A DNA stretch of 64,000 bases, taken from Antedon mediterranea. Lineage: Eukaryota > Animalia > Echinodermata. The position numbers and the translations under genes were made by a program. Position 1 is the stretch's first letter; every line of letters starts with the position of its first letter. The notes beneath the pieces were generated by a model, which had not been told where the DNA came from, searched no databases, and was given only the letters and a program-made list of their open reading frames with translations. Positions 35,474 through 48,700 of the stretch are shown here, piece after piece. Location of the stretch: the NCBI RefSeq assembly GCF_964355755.1, contig NC_092670.1, positions 26,894,795 through 26,958,794 on the forward strand, given 5' to 3'.

Positions 35474-36349
35474 ACTAGATTTGAACTCGTCACTACGGAC
35501 GAGTTGGGTTATCCGCACGACAAACTCCACGTGCACGTCAACGCACAGAAAAACGATTATGCCATTGAAAAAATGTTAGTGCGCTCTCTATTTTGTGTCA
35601 CGTCTAAGTATACAGTATATACGGCATACGTACTGCATACAGTGCAGTACAGTTATTGACGCTTTAAAACGTGTCATCACAATTTTTAAAATGGTGAAAT
35701 CATATGACGTCACAATGTCCGGTTAGCCATATTCATGCATGATTCGGTATCTACAACTCATCTACTTCCAGAATCTGTAATTTTAAAAAAGGCATAATTT
35801 TAACGAATTTTTTAACTTTTTCATCAAAAACGTGCGGAAATTGTTCAATTCTACGTGCTCGTATGACGTGATTTTAAGTCGAAACTGTTTGAAAGTTGGT
35901 AAAATTACTAGAAAAGGCTAAAAAAACGATGTTTTTGCGCTACGTGCGTGGGAATTTTTGAAATGCTCAAAATGACATGAAACGCGTAGAAAGTTGATTA
36001 GAAATTGATTTTTCGCATTTTGAAATTTTAAACGCGTGTTCGCGTGTAACTTTCTGTGAAACATGCCATTTTTAATCATAGAAAGTTTGCGCATGATATA
36101 ACTTAGATTTTCACCAAGTTTCAATACAAAATGACTTTTAGTTTTTAATCTATGATCAATCATTGAAATTCATAAAATCGCACGTAACTTACACTGTCGA
36201 AAAGCTTGGCTGCACATCTCCAGCTACAGGTCAATCTTATGACAAAGTTATACAATCTTATGTTGGCCAGAATTAGAGATACGCTGCAAACAAAATAGAA
36301 AAAAAAAAAAAAAAAAAGATTGTGACAATGCCGAGTGCGGATAACCAAT
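35474..36349. mobile_element. Helentron/DINE-1-like repeat, uninterrupted copy
   Basis: Runs ACTAGATTTGAACTCGTCAC...GGTTATCCGC to ...GCGGATAACCAAT (short subterminal inverted repeat), with no TSD. Confidence 0.6.
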
Positions 36350-37249
36350 TATGCAAACCTGACATCACTTTCTTTAGGGGTAAAAGTATTGGACTGTATG
36401 TATGTATTTGAATCAATATTCCTAAGGCTAATGAACAAAAATTGTCTAAAATGGATAGAGATATCCAAGAAAAGGGATATTTATATTTTAAATTAATTAG
36501 TTTCATTTGGGAAAATGAAATCGGGCTTATAAATCCATGCTTAAATTTAATAGTAAATACATCCCAATTTAAAGAAAACCATAGCCCTGGCATGTTTTGT
36601 AGTTATGCCAGAGTTAATAGATCATGGGATGAATGTAAATACTTGGGAACACTTGAGTAATAACTGAGATAACAATCAAAGAGATTGGAAACGCTAGCGA
36701 TTTCCCTTTGTGTGGCACTTGCCGCCAGGTTCAGTGTAGTGTACCTCTTCGTTATGCAAATTAGCTAAGTCACCGGCCAATCAGCGAATTCGCGCAAGCG
36801 CAGATTAACTGTTTATCAAAATCAGTGATCCATGAAAAAAGTTTTTAGAGGGGTTTTTAAATCTCGCGAGCAGGAGATTTTTTCTGTAAAAATGTTTATT
36901 AACACCAGAGTACAACACTACAAGACTTAATTGAAAAAAAAAGATTTCTTTGGGATAATTATCAAATATTAGCCTACATATAATAGGCCTACAGTAGTAG
37001 GCCTATTCATTTAGCCAGGCCAGCATATTTATTATTAATTATTTTATTAGGCCCCTATATAGGCCTAGGCTAATTATTAATAAATACTAGACCAAGGCCC
37101 TAGCCTATAGGTGTAGTAGTATAGTAGGCCTAGAGGTTCGGTTCAATAAGGCATTCATTTATGCCTATAATTATTAGGCTATGTCACATAATGTTAATAA
37201 TTTTAAATCAGGGAAAATTAAATAGCAATAGCAATTAGGTTTTTTTCAG

Positions 37250-38098
37250 TTATGTAACCGATGACATTCACCATGCATCATGGTCCAAGTGTGGTTCAGG
37301 TGTGATCTCAATTGCAAAATCAATATTAGAGAATCAATCTGAAATAAATATGTTTTTATCGGAAGAGATTATGGATAGTCTGCTACAGCTGCAGATATCC
37401 TAAAAGCTGTTTTCCAGCTGAGGATAAACAGAAAGTTTATTCATGATTTTTTGAATAAGATAATCACTAATATTAATAATACAGAAACTGAAAAGGAGGC
37501 TTATATTCAAAGATTTTTGACCTGCATAACTACATCATTTTTTAAACAACAAAATGAAAAAATTGAAGTAAGATATAATATGGAAATAGAGTTAGTAACT
37601 ACAGCAGACAAGCAAATCATCCATCATATAACAGGTTCTATTATAAGAAAATTGAAAAAAAGGTACATGAACAAGCCAGTTGAAAGAGAGATGCTTAGCA
37701 ATCTGACCACTGATAATGGTGTAGACAGTAGATGTTCATGGACACAAAGTTTGGACAGAGGCGGTTTGATTTACCCCTTAACAAAATTTCTCAATTTAAT
37801 TATTTTAATTGAGCGTTGGATTAGGGAGTTAATAAACAGTGATAGTTTACAACATGATTCTTTAATTAACATAAAGTCTACAATACTAAAGTATAAACTG
37901 GTAACACATATATGGAGTAACCTTATAACCTCACCAAATACACAGAAATGGATAGTGTTGGACAATGTTGTTGAGTTATTTTTAAAAATTAGAGGGTTTG
38001 CTTTAACTGAACAACTTAAAAGCAAAATGCAAAAGAAACGAAAGCAACAAAAACTTGCTGCCGGAACTAAAAAAGCATTAAGAAAAGAACTACAGTAA
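37250..38098 (+). CDS. Second gene of the P-like element, resembling the P-transposase C-terminal domain (one frameshift near 37377)
   Basis: ORF 37451-38098 extends upstream to a stop at about 37377, with an acceptor at 37249. Motifs HITGSIIRKL, WTQSLDRGGLIYP..F.....E and LFLKIRG plus a basic tail. Confidence 0.65.
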
Positions 38099-38214
38099 AA
38101 GAATTAAACAAGTAAAATAAAAAATAAGCTATATGCTGTAATTTATTAACTGGAGTACTGTAAATGTTTTGTGCAAAATAAAAAAAAAGTCAAATTTACT
38201 ATTATAAAATGCTA

Positions 38215-39614
38215 TTAAGACTTTTTTACTCTGCGTTTAAGTGGAATGTTTAAATTTTCTTTGTCCAATTCAGACATAATTCGCTTAGTGTTGCCTCTTA
38301 TTGGTGCAACTGCTGCTGACCCAACAACCCTAAGTGTATTTAATGTATGTCGAACATTATCAATTGTTGTATTGTCACCTGCTCCCTGTTTGTGTCTATA
38401 ATGTCCAAAGTGCTGTTCGAGTACATCTTGATTAAACACACACGTATTTACAAATTTGGCTCCTTTTCCCAACAAATAACGAACACATGCTACAATAGAA
38501 TTAATGGTGATATGAAAGCCATGTATGGTTTGCTGACTTAGTAACATACGCTTTCTTTCTGCATCAGCAAATTTTCCTACTCGTTCTTTTACATCATTTT
38601 CCCATTGCTCAAGGTATCCTAAAAACTCTGTCTCTAAATATGAAAGTCTTGGATCATGGATGTCTGTGTTTCTGGATAACTTACCGGCGTTATTGTTTCT
38701 TGTATTTAAGCAATCAAAAAAGCGATTCATGTGAGTTATGAAGGTGATTGTTTCTCTTGCACTGTCACCATATACTTCTTTCATGTGCTGTGCAACTCTG
38801 TTACTGAAAACTTGAGCAGCTAAATTGACTTTCATCACACTGAAAGGGGTGAGGTCAATATGTGCTCTTGTTAGTTTTGTTTTTTTATACAATTTTCCTT
38901 CTGTGTGTTCTTCAAACAGTTGAACTAAACTCATCCATGAAATGTTCTGTCCACCTTTCCACAGATTTCTTGATTTTTTGTGACTACCAGAATTTGAAAA
39001 ACAATTTCTAGCTGTTTTTAGCAGATGAGGGACATCTGAAATAAAATATAGATTCCGATTTGGACAACTAAACTTGTTTTTAAGCCCATGAGAATCAAAA
39101 AATGATCTATTCTGGCTAGCACCATCACATGTAAGATACAAAACTTTGAGTCCAACATCTATTTCAAGTAGTTCAATTAATGGCTCTCCATAAAATTGTG
39201 TGGAGATCTTCAGAACGTAGTCCATTTGTTGCAAAAACTGCCAATGGAAATTTTAAGTTACTTGTTGCCCCTCGTACCATAATAACTAATGCACTTTTTG
39301 CCATCTCATTGGTGATTTCATTTTTCTTATTTTCAATCTTATGTTATCTAAATTTGTAAATCCAATCAATTCATTAGTGGAGGCAGAATATACCAAGTCT
39401 TCTTTTATTTTAATTTCATCCTGTAAAATTCCAACATATGATCGCTATTCTTCAGTAAAGAGTCCTTTTCTTTTAGCCTCCTCATGTAGCATTTCTAAAA
39501 CTTCTTTCTGGTAACCTAATTTACTATCAATGACGTGGCTATAATCATATGATGTTCTTTCACTTGGTAAACTTATAAAACCAGTTTCTCTCAGTGCTTG
39601 ATATACAGTTGAAG
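38215..39614 (-). pseudogene. P-element/THAP9-family transposase core, degraded
   Basis: HTH-region YQALRETGFISLPSERT, catalytic QDEIKIKEDL, TCDGASQN, SDVPHLLK (D(2)H), MKVNLAAQVFS, FFDCLN and NQDVLEQHFG. It has one in-frame stop (about 39446) and about two frameshifts (about 39340 and 39180). Confidence 0.88.
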
Positions 39615-41746
39615 TTCAAATGACTGATTGTGTTTCATAGATTTTCGCAATGATTGTCTGTATGTTGCACAATGGGGGGCACCTGTTTGTTAAAGTAGTT
39701 AAAAGGAAGCAGTGATCAGTTCGGATTGTTTGTGTGTATTCTGCTTCACATTCATGTTTTCCTGCAATGCAGTTAAAGTCAGGATTTCCTATGCACACAG
39801 TATATTTATCAAACAAGAATTTTAAAAACATGAATAAATCATTAAACACGTGCACCTTCCGTATACTTTCAAATATTGCATTATTATCAGATAAGCGCTT
39901 GTTATGAACGATTACGGTTATATTAAAGTTTTTGTCAATATTAACTGCCATCTTAACAGAAAAAAAAACGTTTCTCATAGAACTGAATGAGTGTCAGATC
40001 ACTAGTTGCCTTAATTACTTCAAAACCAATGTTATTCAGCTTTTCTTGTTTCCTTGTGCAATCAAATTGCAACTGCTGGTATGTCACATAATTGATGTTA
40101 TCTTCTGTCTCAAGTTTTGTCAATGAAGATCCAAGTACTAAATAACTCTCAATTGGTTCCTTATGTTCCTGCAATACAAACAGAAACACTCATTTATAAC
40201 CACACTATAATGATTAAATACTTTATACAATCTTTTTACACAACCTATGTACTTCAAGCAGTGGTTCATTGTGTACACTATGAACAACACAATCACAATT
40301 TGCAAAATTTCCAGTGAAGTCACAATGCTTAACTTGCTGACGAGTGAGTGGTTTTCGTTGAGATGGAAGACCATTAACACAATATTTGTATCGTCTACCA
40401 ATTAATGCTTTTCTTTTTTTTCTTGTCATGATCTGTTATAAATAAAAGAAAACATTGATCATTGGTTTGCACGGATTTCTGTACATGCATTTCAGGCACT
40501 TACTTCTAGGCAAGAAACACTAAAAGCCCCACTAAGCAATATAATCCCCTCACCCTTCCCTCCCCTTGACAAGGATTTTCCAGATGAAATGTAATCAAAC
40601 TAATTTACCTTTTAATTACGTAAACTTGTTGTTTTTGGCTCAAATTTTCGACTTAAAGTGGATAACTTTAATATTACTTTGATATGGCCACTTTAAATTT
40701 AGAATATTTTGACCTTCATTTTTTTTGTGTTTAAAGGGACAATACATCTTTAAACTGGAATTAGGCCTTTTAGATGACAATAAAACTTCAAATGACTGAT
40801 TGTGTTTCATAGATTTTCGCAATGATTGTCTGTATGTTGCACAATGGGGGGCACCTGTTTGTTAAAGTAGTTAAAAGGAAGCAGTGATCAGTTCGGATTG
40901 TTTGTGTGTATTCTGCTTCACAGTCATGTTTTCCTGCAATGCAGTTAAAGTCAGGATTTCCTATGCACACAGTATATTTATCAAACAAGAATTTTAAAAA
41001 CATGAATAAATCATTAAACACGTGCACCTTCCGTATACTTTCAAATATTGCATTATTATCAGATAAGCGCTTGTTATGAACGATTACGGTTATATTAAAG
41101 TTTTTGTCAATATTAACTGCCATCTTAACAGAAAAAAAAACGTTTCTCATAGAACTGAATGAGTGTCAGATCACTAGTTGCCTTAATTACTTCAAAACCA
41201 ATGTTATTCAGCTTTTCTTGTTTCCTTGTGCAATCAAATTGCAACTGCTGGTATGTCACATAATTGATGTTATCTTCTGTCTCAAGTTTTGTCAATGAAG
41301 ATCCAAGTACTAAATAACTCTCAATTGGTTCCTTATGTTCCTGCAATACAAACAGAAACACTCATTTATAACCACACTATAATGATTAAATACTTTATAC
41401 AATCTTTTTACACAACCTATGTACTTCAAGCAGTGGTTCATTGTGTACACTATGAACAACACAATCACAATTTGCAAAATTTCCAGTGAAGTCACAATGC
41501 TTAACTTGCTGACGAGTGAGTGGTTTTCGTTGAGATGGAAGACCATTAACACAATATTTGTATCGTCTACCAATTAATGCTTTTCTTTTTTTTCTTGTCA
41601 TGATCTGTTATAAATAAAAGAAAACATTGATCATTGGTTTGCACGGATTTCTGTACATGCATTTCAGGCACTTACTTCTAGGCAAGAAACACTAAAAGCC
41701 CCACTAAGCAATATAATCCCCTCACCCTTCCCTCCCCTTGACAAGG
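39615..41746. repeat. 960-bp near-identical direct duplication of the transposase 5' exons
   Basis: 39615-40574 matches 40787-41746 (offset 1172) with a 212-bp spacer. At least one substitution separates them (GKHE versus GKHD). Confidence 0.95.
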
Positions 41747-42738
41747 TAAAAGCTAGCCTAGACTTAATTTAGGCGAAATTACGCTAATGAATGCATATGA
41801 ATCCCTGTGACTAGCCCTGGCTAAATAAGGCCATGCGATGACATTGGGCCTACTCTAAGGAAAATATATATAAATACATAGTGTATTTCTTTTTCAAATG
41901 ATTAAAAAATACACGCATATACCAACATTTATATATTTAACTATCATTAAAAGGTAAGTAAGTGATACAATATCATAAATAAGATAAAGATTTTTTTGTT
42001 CCAAATGTGACACAATTACGATTGTGTATTTAGCGTATTTAGCGAAAACTTTAAAAAACCAGTAAAATCATCATACTTAATTACATATTAAACATTACTT
42101 TTTCCTAATAAATTGTACATCATACCACAGAAAAATAGTTATTCTATCATAATAAAACTCATTAATTACACAAGAGTGTCTTTTAGTAAAATTGCAATGC
42201 TCTCAAAAACTGGTGTTTTTAGTAGCCGTTCCGACAACGACACACTAACCCAGTCTAGAAGATGAGGTAGTCCATCTACGGTTGTCTACGAGTCTAGAAC
42301 TACCCTACTTTGCAGACCAAGTTCTACTAAAACAAGATTAATTTTTCTTTTAAAAAACAGTTAAATACCAAACATTATTTAAAACTCTTACCTTTTAATA
42401 TCCTAAAAATATAATTTGAAGTTCAAATTAAGTGTAATTTGCTGCAGGAAATCTGGTAAACTGTTACTGTCTCGTATATTGCGAAGCGATCTCCGTCGAG
42501 CGCACACTTAATTTACATAACAATGAAAATACTAAGACGAAATAAGTAGAGACAAGCGTTTCCAATCTCTTTGATTGTTGTCTCAGGTAGTTTTTAACTG
42601 CGATGTTTACAGAAGAACATTAAAAAAAATTTGAAATCAATTAGAAAAAAAAAATCATTTTATTTACTGTTACCAATATATCAAATATACACAAAATTCA
42701 TACAATATCATTGAGTTTCTTGTATTGACACTAAAACA

Positions 42739-45700
42739 TCAGGAACTTTTTAGTTTCTTCTGTTTAGAGTCTGTCATACCATGTGCAGCCTGAACTACAC
42801 TTCCATAAATGTCCACATTCTGAGATGCTTTGCGTTTATGACTTTTATTCTCATTTAAATAAACACACTTTGTATCATCATTTGCACTTTCTTGTTGAGA
42901 ATTTGCCTCATCTTCCATTTCAGTGATACATTTCAGTGTGTCATCATCTGGATCTTCCTCGATGAAGACCTGTTCAAAATATGATAAAATATCCCTTTGT
43001 CTTGGATCCTGAAAAAACACAAAGCAAGAAAAGCCATTTGTCTCTAGTTAGTTATCCGCAACGAAGTTGCAGGATAACTCCTTGTGATTGTACGAAATCA
43101 ACATCATCATCATCATTTTTTTCTTATTTCTTTCTGTAATTTTTGTGTCACACGTATCTGTAAAACTTACAAACATAACATTTCGTAACTTTCTCAACAT
43201 ATCGTCATTCATATGAAGTTGTGCAGCGAACCTTTTCAGCATGTGTACAATTGCGCAACGTGACAACATACCACCAAATAACATTTTAAATTGAAACTTT
43301 ACAAAAGTTTCATTTATATTATGCGCTAACTTTCCGTGTTTTACACAAAGTTATGCGAAAAAACAATTTCTAATCAACTTTCTACACGTTTCATGTCATT
43401 TTAAGCATGTTAAAAACATTATTTTTTCGAGTGATTTCGGTTTTTCCAGCCTTTTCCAGTAATTTTACCAACTTTTAAACAATTTCGACTTAAAATGGCG
43501 TTTTTGAAGAAAAAATTTAAAAAATTGTCAAACAGTCGTAGTTTCTAAACTAAACAATGAAAGTTATTTTTATTACATAATATTCTGGAAGTTGATGAGT
43601 TGTAGATATCGGATCATGCATTAATATGGCTAACCGTACATTGTGACGTCATCATATGGCCACGTGAATATAAAATATAGGATGTTTGTATCTTTCGTCA
43701 TAGCTCATCACAGTTAATAGAGCGCATCTCCACTTATCCTTTTTCCATTTTCATCCCGATTTTGATATTGTCTAGGTCAATCAACTGTCTTTCGCATGAG
43801 TTAAAAATATTTTAATTTTTATGACGTCATCATGTCTAAAAATGTAAATAACGTGGGTCAATTATTTTCATCTTTACAGTAAATTACAGTAAATTTCAAT
43901 CGGTTATAGCTCATCAGAATAAAAAGTGATAATCATTAAACGTTTTCTAGAAGCTATTGGATTGTAGATACGAATCATGTGAACATTTTGCCAATCCTTT
44001 TTCCATTTTCATCCCAATTTTGATATTGTCTAGGTCAATCAACTGTCTTTCGCATGAGTTAAAAATATTTTAATTTTTATGACGTCATCATGTCTAAAAA
44101 TGTAAATAACCTGGGTCACATATTTTCATCTTTACAGTAAATTTTAATCTGTTATAGCTCGTCAGAATAAAAAGTGATAATCATGATTACAACGTTTTCT
44201 GGAAGCTATTGGATTGTAGATACGAATTCATGTGAACATTTTGCCAATCGGATGTTGTGACGTCATCATATGGCCAGCTGAATAAAAAAAGTCGTAATTT
44301 CATATTTTGCGTAATAGTTCATCACATTTAAAAGAGCGCGCATCTATATTTTACGTATTTAAATTTTATATGTGGTTGCTTTTATAATTTCCTTCCGAAA
44401 TTGCTATCTTAGTGTGTCATTTTGATACCGTCGCCATGTTAAAAATATGAATAAACGGCGTGTCCCGTAATTTCACCTATTCTACACTGTATGTGATATG
44501 TATACAGATTATACTGTTTATACTGTATATACTATACGACACAAAATTGACAGAATTCAGCACTAACAACATATCATATTCTTCAGTTCAGGTCATAATG
44601 CCATAATCTTTTTCTGTGTGCAAAATTCCAACGTATGATGTGCACACGGCGTTTGTTGTGCGGATAACTAACTCGTCAAAGTGACTAGTTCAAATCTAGT
44701 TAAATTATTATTATTATCTTATTCAACAACCTGACAGCTCCACATTATCAATATACTTCCAACTGACTAAAGACTAAGTAGATTTCTGTCATTTGATTGG
44801 AGGATTGTGGGTCACATGATAGCCAGTAAATATTATATTATTATAAGTTTTTAATTACGTCAACAAGAGTACAATGCATTATGTGAGTTTTGCGCATTCA
44901 TTTTTGTTACACGCACAACACAAGGCTAGGCTGATCATGATTGTTCTATTCCACGTCCAAAATTGGAGATCTTAGTCTAGATTCTCGTTAAAGATAGGTA
45001 CGTTATAAAAACAAGTATTGAAAACCACTTGCTAATAAATAATAATTGCATCATAAAATAAACAGCAATACACTGTCTGCATTTTATAAATATAAGTGGG
45101 CCGAAACGTCCAGGGCCGTCGTTCTTCAACCCTGTCGTATACATCTATGCTTTTGATTTATAGCCATGTGATTAGACATACGATTGGAAGACTATATTTA
45201 GGATTTTTTCAAATCAATAACTGCTATAAAATGGTATCACATCGTCGCCACAGCGAACCAAAAACCAAATGTCGGAAAATGTTAATACTTTGACCACATA
45301 CATACACAAAAACACACACTAAAATGATTAGAAGAGTTCCTATGCATGCAATTAAAAATTAATAATAGGGTGGTCTTGTCTACCAAAAAAAAAAAGTCTT
45401 AGAAATTATTGTTAGGTGTATAATATGCATTGGTTAAATATGATTTTTTTTTAAAGTGAAATATTTATAGTACCTTGAAATTTGTTGTTTCAGCATTTGT
45501 AAAGTTGTCCTTTGCAAGTCCTGCTTTTCCAAGAATATTTAGCTTCTCCTGTATTAGAGGCCTATGTGAAATGAAAACCAATATGGTTAAAATGTATTTG
45601 TATTCCCAAGATTTAATAAATTCTATATTCAAGAGCAACTAAATAAGTAAATGCAGTATTAAATCTAATGGCAATTTTCTGTTTATTAATTAAAACAAAA

Positions 45701-48700
45701 ATGTACAGTGATTCTCATTACCAAATATAGTCATCTGCTGTGTCCTTTGCGACAAGATAGCGTATTGTGACAGACTCTTTCTGACCAATGCGATGTACTC
45801 TATCCTCTGCTTGCATCAAGATCTACAAGAAAATAGTGTTAACAATGACAATGGTTTGTATATCAAAACAACACACTAGTAAAGTAAGGTTTGCCATATA
45901 CAGTACGATGTAAATTTCCTTAGCAGTACAACATATACATTGGCATGGTGTAGTGACACACAACATTTAAAACAAAAAGCACCTGTATGAATTAATGAAA
46001 TGTGGGCTTGTGTTGGCACTGAAAGCAACTTCATTCACCCATTCATAATAACATTTATTTCTTATCTTTCAAAGTAAACAAAATAACAATTTAAATATAA
46101 ATAATTAAGAGGCAAACCCCCCAGAAAGTAATAACATTTGGAGGTTTTCCTCCAAAAAAACTTGTGACGGGTAGCCAGTTAAGAAGTTGTAATCATTTTG
46201 AAGTTTGAACAAACAGAAAACAAAACAAGACAAACAAACAGGTAATGCAAGACAATGACAAGTTAATAAAAATAAAATACTATGGAAGCACAGAAAAACC
46301 AGAATAAATTTGTTCACTTATTTATTATTATAAGTTATTTATGGAGTAGAATATTATGTTGCATTAATGTTAATTTGGTAAAGGGCGGGTGGAGGTTACA
46401 GGAGGATCTAGTTTTATGGGTATGAAAACTATTATTTTTTATAAAGCTGCAAGAAAGTTTAGTTGGAAGTAGACAGTTGACATGTTCATAGACGAAGGTG
46501 CATTGTTGGAGGGTATTGATGTTTTGGATCGGACAGTTAATAATTTACGGTCAGAGAAAAGCTCACTAGTGTGATCTAGGCGTGATGCACCAGAGAGGTG
46601 CCGAATAGCTTTTTTTTGGAGAATAAAAATGTTGTTGAGGTTTGAGACATAGTTGTTTGCCCAGACAATATTACAGTAAGAAATAAAAGGTAAAACAAGT
46701 GAACAATATATCATGCGAAGGACTTCTTTGGGTAAGTAAAATGAAAGACGATATAAAATTCCAATATTTTTCGAAATTTTTGTTTCGATTTCTTTAATGT
46801 GGTGTTTGAAGTTTAGTTCTTTGTCTATTTCTACTCCAAGAAATTTGGTACGCTTAACAATAGGAATTTTGTGGGCAGCAAGGTAAACATTATGAGTGTC
46901 GTTAATCAAATCTTGGTGTCGAAAACCAAAAAGCATAAAATGGCATTTGTTAATATTTATTGAAAGTTTGTTTGCCTTGAAATAATCGTTCACGTTCTTC
47001 AATTCCCTATCTACTTAATTTTGGGTGATATATATTATGCATATATACACTTACTTGTCTTCAGTTACATTTTCATGTCAACATTAAGCGCTCACACACT
47101 GGATCTTTTCAGTTTAGTTTAGTTCTGTTCAGTTGCAAGAAAGAAATTAGGTACTTTAAAAACATTATGTAAACTTACACCAGGGTTCCAGAAAAGTTCA
47201 GCAAAAATGACGAGTGATGCAGCAGTGAGTGTAAGACCAGCATTAGCTGCAGTAATTGATAATACTGCCGCCACACATTCTTTGTTACTCTGGAACGTGT
47301 GGCAATTCTCTTGTCGTTTTTCAACATTTGTTGATCCATCAATGCGTATATGTTTTATTTTCTGAATTGATAATACAGTATAATAATTTTGTTAATAATA
47401 GAAAGTAAGATTACAATAATAAAAGAGTGTACAATATAAAATTATTAAATAATTCATTAAAAAATCACTAGCTGATCATTTTTTTTATACTACTGGCAAA
47501 GATACTCACCTCAGGGCAGGTTTCAAATGTTTTAAAATCTTGTCAGTATATTTTAATAATCCATTGAGGAAAAGTAGGTTATTTTGGCCTCTATATTGGA
47601 TCCAAGATGGCAGATACTGTTGAAATGTAGTTTAAAACCTTCCCAGGAAAAATTTATAACAAAAAAACCCCACAGACTCTCTCTTAAAAAAAGTAATTTA
47701 AACTAGATTTGAACTCGTAATTATGGATGAGTTAGGTTATCCGCTGAGTGAACATCATACGCTAGAATATTGCGCACAGAAACGATTATGCCATTGTGAC
47801 CGGAAGAAAATTAAATGTTAGTGTGCCCTCTATTTTGTGTCTGAGTATATAGAGTATCACGGTGTGACGTCACAAGGATAGAGGGCGCTGCATGGTTGCT
47901 AGCCAACCAAAAAATGCGTTCAATGCTACTATGTAAAGATCTGTATTTCTATCAAATTATGTATCTTAATAGCTTGATTTTTTTTAACTTAAACTGTAGT
48001 TGAAGAATAAATAGATTATTAAAAACAAATATTTAGTTAGTTATCTTTTGAAATTTTAGTTTGTTTTTATTGAAAATTACTAAGTTTTAAAATGGCTACT
48101 TCAATAAGCCTATTCCAAACCTTGGAGTCACTCAGGCAGGTTGAACGCATTTTTGGTTGCGCTAGCAACCACGCAGCGCCACCTACCGTCGTGACGTCAG
48201 CACTGTAATACTCTATACAGTATACACTATAATTTTTAAACTTGGAACTCTCCAACCCAATTAATTGGAATTAATTTATCATTTAGGAATTGAGAACTAT
48301 CTTGTCTATCTGATTGACATGAGTTATTATAATGCGATACCTTTTGTTTGTAAATGCTATTGTCAATTTGTTATTTGCTTGTTCATTGTTATATGGTTTT
48401 CGATCTATATGTTAAATACGTGAAATTTATAAAATCGAGTATAACTTGTGACATTTCTTGCACATCTACAGATATAGTTCAATCTTCTGATAAAGTTATA
48501 CAATCTTAGAATTAGAGATAACCTGCGGACAAAATTCGTGAAAAGAAGATAGGGGAAAAAAAAGATCCTGACAATAGCAAGGCGTTATCCGCCAAGTGCA
48601 GATAACCAATTATATTACTTTTTTTATTTGTAAATTTTTAAATTTTAGCATACCTTATCTGTAAGTACATCGCATAACATATCAAGCACTGTCTGATGAT

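Larger units (their letters stand above)
36664..42586. mobile_element. P-element/THAP9-like DNA transposon with two convergent genes
   Basis: 32-bp TIRs CTGAGA(T/C)AACAATCAAAGAGATTGGAAACGCT (1 mismatch) enclose a minus-strand transposase and a plus-strand second ORF. No TSD is visible. Confidence 0.88.

Noticed and set aside
38215-39234. Domesticated host THAP9 gene
   Set aside because: It is bounded by TIRs and has a stop and frameshifts upstream of this ORF.
36664-42586. Kolobok assignment because of the two convergent ORFs
   Set aside because: There is no TTAA TSD or RR terminus, and the transposase motifs (DVPH, QD.LE..FG, MKV.LA.Q) are P/THAP9-type.
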